Translations under genes and position numbers: made by a program
Origin: Puia sp.
Lineage (GTDB): Bacteria > Bacteroidota > Bacteroidia > Chitinophagales > Chitinophagaceae
DNA length: 64,000 nucleotides
Direction of reading: 5' to 3'
Assembly (NCBI GenBank): GCA_965214315.1
Contig: CBDCBP010000007.1
Location: 101,877-165,876 of the forward strand
Notes under the pieces: model-generated
The model's database searches: none
What the model was told of the DNA's origin: nothing
What the model saw: the letters and a program-made list of their open reading frames with translations, nothing else
Part shown: piece after piece, positions 1 to 10,337 of the stretch
Numbering within the stretch: position 1 is the stretch's first letter
Layout: the number at the start of each line of letters is the position of its first letter

Positions 1-3000
1 CACCATCTTCCCAACTGGGGATCAAGCGTTCTTAATTGGGTTTCGTAAACTTCTAATCCTGATCCATCAGCGAATTCTTTGTTCTGCAATTCCGAACCTT
101 TGTTATACCGATACTTATTCTCTGCATATTGCGTCTTGATGGCTTTGTCCGAAATTCCTGCCATCGTCAGTCCGAATGGATAATAATGGTTTTCCTCTAT
201 CAACGGACTATTGTAGTGTAGAATACTAAGATTATCAAAGAACACGGGCCACCCCTTTGAGATATTGCTCAGGTAAATATACAAATATCCGCTCTTTAGA
301 ACGGTGATTGTTTGCCCAAGCGGCGACTGAAGGCCGGTGCCGTTTGGTCCGGCAGTCTTTACCTGTAGGGCGCCGTTTTGGAGCGATCCAGTCACGGGGT
401 TGAACTGATTGTCCAGCGATACCCAATTGAGATAAGCTTGCGGCCTGGAGGTCAGCGAACCGGTATCGTTGGAGGTTACCGATGTCAGGGCGGCCTGAAT
501 AGCGCTTGAACTCGGTCCGCTGAGTATCGTCGTGCCTTCCGAGGCAATCGGCGACAGTGTCGCCAGGCCCGAAACCAGCGAACTCACCAGATTTTGGGCC
601 GTCAAAGGCGAGGTGGGAGTGGACGGTATGGGGTTGTAGTAATAATACGTCCCCATCGTGATCCTGTCTCCTGCCATGACCTTGAGAATAATCGCCGGTC
701 CCATTTTCGGCCCGTTGCCATCGAGTTTAATGACGCTATCGTTTATCACCGGGCCATTGGGTGGCGCCGGGAACCCGCCCGAAATGCCAGTGACCGAAGC
801 CGCCGCGTAGCTAACGGAATCGACATTGTAGAAAAGGGCGTTTTCCGTGGCCCGGTATTGCGGTTCCATGGTGCACATGTACTGTGCCGTATCTTTTTCT
901 TGGCTCAGCATGACGCGCTCATCACCCAAGTGATCTTTCTCTGCAAAATCATATTCATAGCCATAGGCAGTATCGCCGGCCAGGTGTTTATGGTACGCCC
1001 AACGCGCCCTGCCTTCTTCGGTACCGACAAACTGAAGGCTGTCCAGTCCGTTCAACCCTATGTAAGGTGCCACTTTTTGCACATATTGCAACCCGCCCAA
1101 ATAAAGCGTGGTCGTCCATTGATAAGTAGGTGTATAAGTGGTGACCTGTTTCCAAATTTTATTGCCTGTCGCATCATATGCATAAGTAACAATCCCAGAG
1201 ACCCCCTTTGCTACCAAGACTGGCAAATTCATGTAATTGTAAAGAATCCCAGTTAACCCCTTATTGGCATCGAGTGTGAGATTTCCGTTCCCGTCGTAGG
1301 CATAGTCTGTACTTCCCTTCGTTGACAGCTTGTAATGAAAATCTCCCAATGTAGAGGCGGAATCGTTGGCACCGTCAGCAACGCTCAATAGCTTATTGCT
1401 ACCAACCTGATAAGTATAGGTGAGCTGGTCAATGGCACCCGTCGGGCTTCCAACTTTAAAGCCTTTTTGGGTCATGGCCATTATGTTGCCATTCGCATCG
1501 TAACTGAGGCCATTGCTCGAGAAATCCATTTTTGTCGCGCCCCAGCTTCCGCCATTAAGATTATCCGAATAGGCCGCACCCAACAATCTACTGGAATTAT
1601 CATACGTGAAGTCATATTTTCGATTGACGCCATCGCTCAAACTTTTCCAGACTGTCCCAGCAATGTTGCCGTTGTATAGGGGTGAATAGCTCGTTCCGGT
1701 CGCGACGCTGGTGAGATTGTCGTATCCCAGCTCCATGCCGAAGTAATGGTTGGTAGTACCACCGACATAGTTCTTGTTGATGCCTGTCACCCAACCACGA
1801 ATATTATAATCGTAGATCAAACTGTCGAGCGCTACACCTGTCGCCGGATCCTTGCCCAGGTTCTTTGTCCGGAGTTGACTCAATTCGTCGTACCGCATGC
1901 TGTCTATGATCTGATCAGCCGCGGCGCCATCGATGTTTTTGTAAATACTCGTCAACCGGAAGGCCGCGTCGTAATTGTTCTTCGTTAAAACCTGGTGCAC
2001 TTGACCTTGGTTCGTCGCATTCTGCTGGCCCAATAAAGACCTCAAAATCTTTCCGCTGAAATTGTATTGTGTCGTTAATGTATCTATCCCGTTGGAGTAA
2101 TTAGTGCTCCTTGTTTGTATCAGCCGGCCGCGATCGTCGTAGAAATTCTCCGTGTAAAGGAATTGGGAAGACGGCGAGGTGGTGATCACATCGCTGACCG
2201 TGCCCGTTACCATACCGCGGGTGATGGGATGCGCCGTCAGCGCCACTGCATATACTGGCCCGGTGCCGTACGAGGTGATGAAATAGTTACCATTGCTTGT
2301 CTTATTGGTGGCCATTACCGCAGGTAGACCACTCGCCGGACTAATGCCCGAGTAATCATCGTAAAATGTTTTGGTCAACAACTGATTTGTATAAGAAGCC
2401 CAATTCGGGTATTCGCCGCCGAGCATGGCTTGCGTCTCATGATATGGTTGGTTATTATAATTGGTCGGATCGGTAATGGTCCCCGTAGAATCGGGCCGAT
2501 TAAGTCCATCGTAAACACTGACAAGCCATTGCTGTTGAGCGCGCATATTTGAATCCTGTGACATGACCAACCGATTGCGCGTATCATAGACCATGTGTAC
2601 TTCGCCGGCCCCGGGAACCTTCTTGATGATCACACGTCTGCGATAATCATATTCATATCGAAAACAAAGCTCATTGGCAATGGCCTGGGAGATTGTCCAG
2701 GTTCCAGTTACATTGATCAGTTCAACTGCCCGCGGTGAGATCACAAATCGAAGATTGCGCATGTCATCGTACACATAGTAGGTGCAAAGCCATCCAACGT
2801 GTGCCGAGCCGGGGGAGGGGGCCGATTGCACTTTTTTAAGTACCGTTTGCTCATCCATATCTTTATATTCTATAACCTGGTGACCTGATTCGTCTGTGGT
2901 GACATTTTTATAAAGCATATAAGGAACGTAGATAGAAGTGCTGGATGGGATACTACCTATGCCAGGAGTAATTGTCCAAATCCTGACGCTATCCGATGCC

Positions 3001-4646
3001 GTGCTCACTTGGTATTGTTTCGTTACCCCCCTACCGGATCCATTCCAACTCAAGCCAGGCGACATGGCACTAACGACCCGATTGAGTGGCGAAGGCTCGC
3101 AATTAACCTGCCCATAATAATACTGTTCTCCCGGAAATTGACCACTATTGAAACTATATTGATCGGCTACCGCAGTATTCTTGTAATTGCCGTCATTGGT
3201 CGATGCCGCATAAGGCAGGAACTTATTTGTCTCCCGACCAAACCCGTCATATTGGATGAATGACACCATATCGTTCATCTTGGGGGTTTGCTGCATAGCG
3301 ACGGTTTGCATGGGTCTTCCGAGCCCGTCAACATACTGCGTCGTTTGTGAGACATCATAGCGATTAGTAAGTGCTGCCGCAGTGGTTGAATCGGGAACAC
3401 CAGGTTTCAATATATCCCTTGTACGTACAAAACTGATGTCCGGGGAACCTGTTACAATGGCAACGCTTGCGACATTGGAGTAGGCTGTGACCCCGTTTGA
3501 AGTAACCATCAGCCGATACCAGCTGTTGGCCGAAAGAAAACCAGGCGAATAGGAAAGGGAAGTCGCGCCACCAATGTTGGTAGGAAAGTTAATTCCATCT
3601 GTTGAACTTTGCCATTGGTAAACATACGCGTTGTTACCGCCCGTTGCCTGACTGCAATCCAATCCGCCCGGATTACCTCCGGAAGCAATATTGATCGAGG
3701 CAGGCGTAATCAGCCCGGCATTGAGCTTTGGATACACATTTACCACTGCCGAGTTGCTATACGCGGTGACCCCATTGCTCGTAACTGCGACCCGGTAATA
3801 AGTAGTTGATGTTAACATCCCGGGAATATAAGTCATGACCGCACAAGGGATATTTGACCACGTGCTATTATCTGGTGAACTTTGCCACTGATATTTATAA
3901 CTGTATGTGCCATTGGTCACACTGACGCTAGACAACGAAGCAGGTATTGTATTATAGTTTATGTTTTGCACACCCGGAGTTACACTTCCCCCATTTACGG
4001 GTAAAATCGGGTTGGGCGGATTTAAGACCACGGAGGCTACGGGAGTGTAGCCGGAATTACTACCGGTAGTTTCTGTCGAAAACCGCTTGTAATACATCGT
4101 TTGTGTGGCGCCGCTCGAGAAGGTCAGATTTTGAGCCGTTGCACCGTTCAAATTCATGAAATTGATATTGTCCGGACTTTCCTGCCATTGGTAAACGTCA
4201 TTAGGTGTAGTGCATGTACCCCCAGCAGGAGCCGAGCAATTGAGCGTGGCAGGTGTGGTGCCATAATTGATAGTCTGCGTTTGACCTGAAGTGAAACTTC
4301 CTGGGGAGAATGCAGGAGTAATCGTTGATGTCAATACTGCATAGCCGGCCGGAGAGTTGAGGGTGATCGAGCCATTTGTAGTCCAGGTAACCAGGATACC
4401 CACGCTGCCTGGTCCGCTGTGCGTGCCGCTCGTACCCCCCGTAGAAAGTGTGCCGCCAGATATTGTGTAAGAAAAATTAGCTGTACCAGAATAATATGCG
4501 TATAAAGTATACGAGTATTGCGTGCCGGCTAACACACATGTAGGGCCACCAATGCTAGCTTGTGAATACCCTTTGTTGGTTGTGGACAGTATTAACGCCA
4601 ATGTTACTGCTACGACAAGTCTGGGGATATAGATAATTTTTTGCAT
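1..4646 (-). CDS. DUF6443-domain / RHS-repeat-associated core protein (polymorphic toxin-like), partial: the C-terminus runs off the window
   Basis: I translated this by hand because it is not in the ORF track (no stop inside the window). ATG at 4646 gives [29 protein letters not shown] (Sec signal), then Ig-like YQWQxSxD repeats, then a DUF6443-like [23 protein letters not shown] segment. The RHS core reads PQAYLNW...[10 protein letters not shown]...[16 protein letters not shown]...[17 protein letters not shown]...LDPQLGRW. The ATGs at 4646 and 164 share one frame; the middle was only spot-checked for continuity. Confidence 0.9.
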   Translation of the reverse strand, partial: MQKIIYIPRLVVAVTLALILSTTNKGYSQASIGGPTCVLAGTQYSYTLYAYYSGTANFSYTISGGTLSTGGTSGTHSGPGSVGILVTWTTNGSITLNSPAGYAVLTSTITPAFSPGSFTSGQTQTINYGTTPATLNCSAPAGGTCTTPNDVYQWQESPDNINFMNLNGATAQNLTFSSGATQTMYYKRFSTETTGSNSGYTPVASVVLNPPNPILPVNGGSVTPGVQNINYNTIPASLSSVSVTNGTYSYKYQWQSSPDNSTWSNIPCAVMTYIPGMLTSTTYYRVAVTSNGVTAYSNSAVVNVYPKLNAGLITPASINIASGGNPGGLDCSQATGGNNAYVYQWQSSTDGINFPTNIGGATSLSYSPGFLSANSWYRLMVTSNGVTAYSNVASVAIVTGSPDISFVRTRDILKPGVPDSTTAAALTNRYDVSQTTQYVDGLGRPMQTVAMQQTPKMNDMVSFIQYDGFGRETNKFLPYAASTNDGNYKNTAVADQYSFNSGQFPGEQYYYGQVNCEPSPLNRVVSAMSPGLSWNGSGRGVTKQYQVSTASDSVRIWTITPGIGSIPSSTSIYVPYMLYKNVTTDESGHQVIEYKDMDEQTVLKKVQSAPSPGSAHVGWLCTYYVYDDMRNLRFVISPRAVELINVTGTWTISQAIANELCFRYEYDYRRRVIIKKVPGAGEVHMVYDTRNRLVMSQDSNMRAQQQWLVSVYDGLNRPDSTGTITDPTNYNNQPYHETQAMLGGEYPNWASYTNQLLTKTFYDDYSGISPASGLPAVMATNKTSNGNYFITSYGTGPVYAVALTAHPITRGMVTGTVSDVITTSPSSQFLYTENFYDDRGRLIQTRSTNYSNGIDTLTTQYNFSGKILRSLLGQQNATNQGQVHQVLTKNNYDAAFRLTSIYKNIDGAAADQIIDSMRYDELSQLRTKNLGKDPATGVALDSLIYDYNIRGWVTGINKNYVGGTTNHYFGMELGYDNLTSVATGTSYSPLYNGNIAGTVWKSLSDGVNRKYDFTYDNSSRLLGAAYSDNLNGGSWGATKMDFSSNGLSYDANGNIMAMTQKGFKVGSPTGAIDQLTYTYQVGSNKLLSVADGANDSASTLGDFHYKLSTKGSTDYAYDGNGNLTLDANKGLTGILYNYMNLPVLVAKGVSGIVTYAYDATGNKIWKQVTTYTPTYQWTTTLYLGGLQYVQKVAPYIGLNGLDSLQFVGTEEGRARWAYHKHLAGDTAYGYEYDFAEKDHLGDERVMLSQEKDTAQYMCTMEPQYRATENALFYNVDSVSYAAASVTGISGGFPAPPNGPVINDSVIKLDGNGPKMGPAIILKVMAGDRITMGTYYYYNPIPSTPTSPLTAQNLVSSLVSGLATLSPIASEGTTILSGPSSSAIQAALTSVTSNDTGSLTSRPQAYLNWVSLDNQFNPVTGSLQNGALQVKTAGPNGTGLQSPLGQTITVLKSGYLYIYLSNISKGWPVFFDNLSILHYNSPLIEENHYYPFGLTMAGISDKAIKTQYAENKYRYNKGSELQNKEFADGSGLEVYETQLRTLDPQLGRW

Positions 4647-4671
4647 GTCTTAAAATTATTTGTGACCGGCA

Positions 4672-7600
4672 CTAGTATTCCATTCCAGGCAGTGATTGAA
4701 AGTGATACTGAAACGTCTTGACGATGTTACCGTCTTGGTCTTTAATCCACTTTAGCCTGCCAATGCTGTCATAGAAATAATAAGTGATCCGGTTCGCTAC
4801 GTCACTCTCGCTCGTGATGCCGATCAGGGGTGAGTACGTGTAACTGACCATTTGTGCTGTTGAGGGGTAAAGTCTAACCTCATCGATGCTTCCCGTTCCT
4901 GAAACAATTACACTCCCGGTATTTTTAACCGTATGCTCAAAATAAGTCCATCCATTGATGGTCTTTCCCTGGGTTACCGCCGTGCTGCCGGTAACCGTAT
5001 ATACGCTCTCCGTTTTACTCCAATACGATACCACATAAGTGGTAGCTGTTTTCAGCCCCCCAATGCTTATATTATTGGAGGCAGACAAGCCAAATACATT
5101 GCTACCGGTTGGAGTGGTATTGTCTGCTGCCACTGCTGAGCTGTTGTACACCCATCTGCCATTCGCAGCGGTCTCAAATGAGGAAAAGGCTACATCGACG
5201 GAATCGGCATTGGTAACCTGCGCCATGAGTTCATTATAATTCTCATCCCATATGTAGCTTTTATCTCCCTGCAAAGTATGCAAGGTCCAGATCATGTTGT
5301 TAGCTGAATAGTCGCCAGACGTATAAAGCACGTAATGCGGATCGATCGCTACCGACCAAGAGGTCCCCGGGATAAGATACCAGGGAACAAATTGCGTCCT
5401 GAGGGTTAGGGGCTGAGCGGTTTCCATATTATATACTTGGAGCGGCAAGGCATTTTGATATACGTTAAAACGGCTGCTGATAACCGTAGAATCTCCGGCG
5501 ACATCCCTGTGTAAGACAGTCTGCTCAATAGGCAGATCAAGTAAATGCTGGTTAAACATCTGGTTCATCTGCGTGGCGAGGACTCCGGAGGGAGCGCCGG
5601 ACTGCGCGGCGAGCTCGGCCGACATTCTTGTATATTGAATTGTCTGTGTGCTATCTGAATTATACGATATCTCGAACATCGGCTGGTAATAGGGATTGTA
5701 TTGATAAGCGGTTTTCTTCTTTATAAAATTATTCCCGCTATACGTGGTTTCCACCACGCTATCTTTTAAGGTATGATAAGACTTGGCCGGTGATATGAAT
5801 AAATAAACCGGTCGGTTACCACCCGTCAGCGAGCCGATATTTGGTGTTAAGCAACTTCCCGAGTAGTTAAATCCGCCGGCTCTATTTTGCACTGCCCTGA
5901 TATCATAAAAACCATTCGTATAATTGGCCAGGTGATAGTAGTAGTTCACGGACTTGATGAGGTTGTTCAGGCTGTCATAATATTGCTCCTGAAAAAGTTT
6001 TCCTTCCAAATTTGCTGAAGGAGTGGGGGGTAGATCTTTATTGGCAGGATCAAGATAAGTAGAATAGGGCTGTGGATTCCCATTAACATTATAACCACTT
6101 GGATATGCTGGAGGGTCAACGTCAAATCCGAGCCCACCAGAATAATTTGACGATGGGGTAGCGAGATTAAAAGCCTTCACTAAATAGCCATTTGATTGAC
6201 CCGTTGGACTTTGCTGCGAGATCGTTATCTCCGCATATCCGATCAGTATTTCATTAAAGTTGACCGCACCAGAGGACGAATATTTAAGAATCGCTCCTCC
6301 GTTGGAGCCTCCGGTGCAAGTTGACAATTCCGCTTGATCAGTATAATATTCGATCGCGCCCATGTATTTGCCACTTGAATAGGTATAGTTAGTGGAGCCT
6401 ACCAAACTTCCTGAAACATAATTATTGATTGTTTTTACCCTCACCCCTCCGCCGATAACTGTGTATCCGGCGACCGCGTTGGATTGATGGGGCTCATATA
6501 CAAACGAGGTGCTGCCACCGGTAGGGTACACGACGCTCGTCAAGATCATGGCCTGCACTTGAATAGGGTCGCAATCCCTGCTTACGCCTAAATTGCTTGC
6601 GCTCAAATAAGTCGATGGTATGGCACTTCCCACCCCGCCGGTTCCGGAAACCGGGATCAAATGCGTAAAAGTGTAGCCGCCGCTGACATTGCCGGCGGCA
6701 TTTAAGTATCCCCAATGGTCCTGTGAATACGAATATTTGTCCGGCACGTTACTATTGTAAGTAAACCGGTAGGGCGGCTGATATGAATTGAGGTTGATAT
6801 TGACTGAATCCAGCCTAAGCCTTGTGTTTGAACAGGCCAGATAGCCAGTGGTGGTTAGTGGGGTAGGTAGGGTATACGAAAGTGTCCCCAGATAGGACGC
6901 CCAGGGATTGTAACTGCTCTGAAAATAGCTGTAATTAAAAGTCGAAGTCTTTTTAATGATCCCTGTCAATTTGTCTAGAACTGTTATTTGAGTCAGTTCT
7001 CTGCTGCCCGGACCGTAGAGGTCAGTCCGGGTGGACAATGTAAAATTCACAGCTGCATCTGAGCTCTCAACCCGGGTAAGATAATAAGGCGATTGAATAG
7101 CTACATTTTGGTTGTAGTCCGTGGATAGCACAGCCGGCGCAGGCGGGTTTGCCGTCCAGCTGACTGAGCCCTGCATGGTAAAGGCAGGAACCGAGTACCC
7201 ATAGTTAGCATAGGTAAACTGGAGATAATCCCCACTGGGATGTACGGCTTTTGTAAGCAGCCATGCCGAGGTGCTAGTTGGCGGAACCACGTTGCCATTC
7301 GGCAAAGTATTGGTGGTTGTCTCCGTCTGGTTAAAGTAGTAAGTCACCCCGAGATTGTCAATGATCGTCCATGTCGTGATATTGTTATGCGCATCAAGCG
7401 TATAGTTGATCTTAAACAGACTTTGTTCGCCGATAAACTTTATGCTACCCGAGATCTTATCGACATAATAGACCACCGACTGACCCATAAAGTTCGCCCT
7501 GAAAATATCTGGTTCTCCCGTTCCAAATTCAGTCATTTCCTCTACCGCCGCAAGATTATCATAGGTAGTATCTGAAGCGCAGGATGTCCCTGATTCGCAC

Positions 7601-7814
7601 ATTGTCGAAGGCGTCAATACAGCATTTTCACTTCCAGAACCGACCCGATTGAAAATACGTCGCATCCCACCGGCAAGATTTGTAGGACTTGATAGTCCCT
7701 GCGTCGACCCGTTAAAATCGGCACAGCCTCTAACCTCCACTGTGATCCGGCCGCCTGGATTAAGGTCCCAACCAAGCCCGACCCAAGACGCCTCTTGGTT
7801 GACTTTGATTCCCG
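4672..7814 (-). pseudogene. YD/RHS-repeat partner protein of the DUF6443 gene, 5'-truncated at the IS3 end
   Basis: The 1022-aa ORF (4672-7740) extends upstream in frame as GIKVNQEASWVGLGWDLNPGGRITVEVRG, a conserved motif near the N-terminus of this Bacteroidota family, and is cut at the IS end (7815). The C-terminus SYTYSPLIGITSESD...YYFYDSIGRLKWIKDQDGNIVK is typical of the family. The start codon and signal peptide are missing. Confidence 0.8.
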
Positions 7815-7845
7815 TGTATCGACCCCCAATAAACTGGACAGTTTT

Positions 7846-8742
7846 CTAAAGGTAGTTTAGTAGTTTTTCATTTTCAAAAGGGACCGGATTAATATTTTTG
7901 AACACGTGGTTCGGGGTTTGCCTATTTAAGGCGCCATGCCGTCTTTTTTCGTTGTACCACTCGTAGTAGCGATCGAGCACCATCTGGGCATGGTAGATCG
8001 AGTCGAACTCGTATCGGTCGATCACCTCTCGTTGGAGGTTAGAATGGAAGGCTTCTATGTAGGCGTTGTCCTCTGGTGTGCCGACGTGAGAGAACTCTTG
8101 AAGGATTCCTTTGTCTTTCAGATAAACCCGAACGGCCTGGGCAATGAACTGCGAACCGTTATCATTGCGGATGGACATGCCCTCGGCTTTGTATTCCAGC
8201 AGCATTAGCGATAGTAGCACCAGGACGTCACCTTTGCGGATATGGCTTCTCAGTTGGTAGATCAGCACTTTTCTGCTGTAGATGTCGATCACCGTCAGCA
8301 GGAGCACGTTTCTGCTGGTTCCGTGAATATGGACGTACTTGATATCCATTGCCAGGTACTGCAAGGGTCTTTCCGGCTTCAGGCTTCGGAATCGAATAAA
8401 ATTTCGTTTAAACGGCAGGGGCCGAATCCGGGCGCCGTATAGCAATCTTGCTTCTTTCATCAGCCGGTACACTTTTTTGTGATTAATGATCCATCCCAGC
8501 TCCCGGAGCTCGGCTGTCATGTTCTTGTACCCATAACAACAGAATTCCTGTCGCAGCACTTGCTCTACTTGCATAACGACGATTTTGTTTTCTATCATCT
8601 CGCCATGAACCGTAACGGTGTGGGTGCTGGGTTTTATGCCTTTACGGGCGCCAGACTGCTTGTAATAAAAGCTGCTGGGCGCCAGATCGGCCCATTCCAG
8701 CAGGCTTCGAACTGGTATACTCCGAAGCGCATAAGCCCTCAC
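7846..8742 (-). CDS. IS3-family transposase OrfB (DDE/rve integrase core)
   Basis: Motifs INHKKVYRLM, LAMDIKYV, IRNDNGSQF, PEDNAYIEAFHSNLQRE and WYNEKRRHGAL are present. It lies in the -1 frame relative to orfA. Confidence 0.95.
   Translation of the reverse strand: MRAYALRSIPVRSLLEWADLAPSSFYYKQSGARKGIKPSTHTVTVHGEMIENKIVVMQVEQVLRQEFCCYGYKNMTAELRELGWIINHKKVYRLMKEARLLYGARIRPLPFKRNFIRFRSLKPERPLQYLAMDIKYVHIHGTSRNVLLLTVIDIYSRKVLIYQLRSHIRKGDVLVLLSLMLLEYKAEGMSIRNDNGSQFIAQAVRVYLKDKGILQEFSHVGTPEDNAYIEAFHSNLQREVIDRYEFDSIYHAQMVLDRYYEWYNEKRRHGALNRQTPNHVFKNINPVPFENEKLLNYL
7847..7878 (-). promoter_or_regulatory. Outward-facing Bacteroidota sigma-A-like promoter at the IS end
   Basis: The minus strand has TTTG (7878-7875), a 20-nt spacer and TACCTTTA (7854-7847). 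The consensus is TTTG-N19-21-TAnnTTTG, so this has one mismatch. Confidence 0.5.
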
Positions 8743-9059
8743 GAGCCCTTGAGCCTCCGCTCGTAGGCCTCGTTTTTTTTTAATAGCTCCGTCTTGAACT
8801 CTAACTCCAGTGCCTGATTGCCGATGATCTTTTTAAGCCGGGCGTTCTCCTCTTGCAAGGCCTTCAGTTCCGGATCTACCTTCCGATATTGCGGCTGCAG
8901 CTTGGCTGGGCCACCCTGATTAAACTGGTTCTTCCACCGCATGAACACAGAATGGGACAAATTGTGCTTACGAAGTGTCTGAGTGACACCTTGATGATCA
9001 GCCTCTTGGATGATTTGAAGCTTTTGCTCGACAGAAAAGCTTCTGTACTTCTTTGCCAT
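8739..9059 (-). CDS. IS3-family transposase OrfA (HTH)
   Basis: MAKKYRSFSVEQKLQIIQE...RWKNQF...ELKALQEENARLKKII matches the HTH plus leucine-zipper pattern of OrfA. Confidence 0.93.
   Translation of the reverse strand: MAKKYRSFSVEQKLQIIQEADHQGVTQTLRKHNLSHSVFMRWKNQFNQGGPAKLQPQYRKVDPELKALQEENARLKKIIGNQALELEFKTELLKKNEAYERRLKGS
8773..8781 (-). other. Candidate -1 programmed frameshift site (A9 run) joining OrfA and OrfB
   Basis: TTA AAA AAA AAC lies near the end of orfA. A -1 slip reads KKKRGLRAEAQGLVRAYALR straight into OrfB without a stop. Confidence 0.75.
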
Positions 9060-9326
9060 AATACCCTAAATTTAAATGACTAAATTGATTTGATCAATTA
9101 GTCCAGTCTTTTAGGGGGTCAGTACAAGACACCTGTTTTACTATCCTCAATTAATAATAAGGCTACACAGGAATTGGCAGTAAATTCTGTTAAATGAGGG
9201 ATTTTGTTATTGAAGATTGGTAAATGGGTGACTATTTGTGCTGTGACGGTACAATTTTTCGTTTGAGCCACGAGACAGGCCAGTTCCGTGAATCTAACAA
9301 GGAAATTGGTCGCGGTGTTTAGATGA

Positions 9327-10292
9327 CTAATTTTGTTGTATATTGATTGAGTCAAATTGGAAATCCCCAATTAATTCCCAGTTGTTGGCGCGATTTGAAT
9401 GCTGTCGATATACGGGCGGATAATATTTAAATACTTTTATCTCCAAGCCGTCGCCTAGGCCGGTTCCTTTATAATCTTGAATGCAAATGAATAATTCACC
9501 AATTCCATCTCCGTCAATATCATATTGACCCACCTGAAAAAGCACATTTTCTTTAAACCGAAATTCCTCTTTGACATCGTGCCTTCTGCCAGTTTTAAAA
9601 TTAGGAAATATCCGAACTCTAGCATTTTCAAAGTGAATATAAAAAGCTATACCAATTTGTTCAAAAAACGTTCGCAATAAAATTGGAGCGACGTCTAAGC
9701 TCGCCGGATAAATCAATGGCAATTCGGCTCCATCTGAGGTTTCCTGGTATGTCCAGACAGCGGAATAGCTTAGCCCTAGTACAAATCCGTCCTGGGTAGG
9801 CACGGACGCTCTTTTAATGTAGGCCGACCGTGACTTATTTAGACCAAGTTGCCGCGTAATCAAATTGAAGGTTGCACTAATCAAGGCTTGCTCCTCGTTT
9901 TGCAAATAACTATTGTGCGCAATTAAATTGCGACACCTACTCATATCGTCCATTTTACCCAAAATCCTAGTCTGAGATGGAAATTCACTGGCAAAAAAAT
10001 CCCAATTGTGAGTTAGAATGCCACACAAATCCTTGAAATCCAAATAGTATAAAATTGAATTTCCCCGTAGAGACGCCCACTTGTGTTTCATCTCGTCTTC
10101 TTTCCTGATATCTGCATTTTTCTGACAGCTAGCGGGAATTCGAATATTTTCTCTGGAAGGATGTTCTTCAATATATAGCCGCAGCAGGTTCTCAAGGCAA
10201 TAGAGATATTGATACGCCATTGACATACTGATAGCCTTCCTTATTAAGTCCTCCGGAAGCAAAGAAAGTGAATCTTCATTTAGTAGATTCAT
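9327..10292 (-). CDS. Swt1-like HEPN ribonuclease domain fused to an uncharacterised beta-rich C-terminal domain
   Basis: AYQYLYCLENLLRLYIE, LYYLDFKDL..I..NWDFF...FP and the intact Rx4H motif RNLIAH (9915-9932) match Swt1-type HEPN. The C-terminal half contains YDIDGDGIGELF. Confidence 0.75.
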   Translation of the reverse strand: MNLLNEDSLSLLPEDLIRKAISMSMAYQYLYCLENLLRLYIEEHPSRENIRIPASCQKNADIRKEDEMKHKWASLRGNSILYYLDFKDLCGILTHNWDFFASEFPSQTRILGKMDDMSRCRNLIAHNSYLQNEEQALISATFNLITRQLGLNKSRSAYIKRASVPTQDGFVLGLSYSAVWTYQETSDGAELPLIYPASLDVAPILLRTFFEQIGIAFYIHFENARVRIFPNFKTGRRHDVKEEFRFKENVLFQVGQYDIDGDGIGELFICIQDYKGTGLGDGLEIKVFKYYPPVYRQHSNRANNWELIGDFQFDSINIQQN

Positions 10293-10337
10293 AATGAATA
10301 TTTATCGACCGAGTCAAGAGCCAGTTCACACTTAAAT

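Larger units (their letters stand above)
7815..9126 (-). mobile_element. IS3-family insertion sequence, 1312 bp
   Basis: The imperfect terminal inverted repeats are TGTATCGACCCCCAATAAACTGGACA (from 7815) and TGTACTGACCCCCTAAAAGACTGGACT (reverse complement ending 9126), giving 5'-TG...CA-3' ends. The element has orfA/orfB organisation and no flanking direct repeat. Confidence 0.93.

Noticed and set aside
235-4289. Short ORFs in the track across 235-4289
   Set aside because: They are antisense or off-frame shadows of the long RHS gene.
9119-9370. 83-aa ORF as a real gene or a frameshifted continuation of the HEPN fusion
   Set aside because: It has a TTG-type start inside the upstream gene, no recognisable motif, and runs into the IS end. 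A continuation cannot be supported without homologues.
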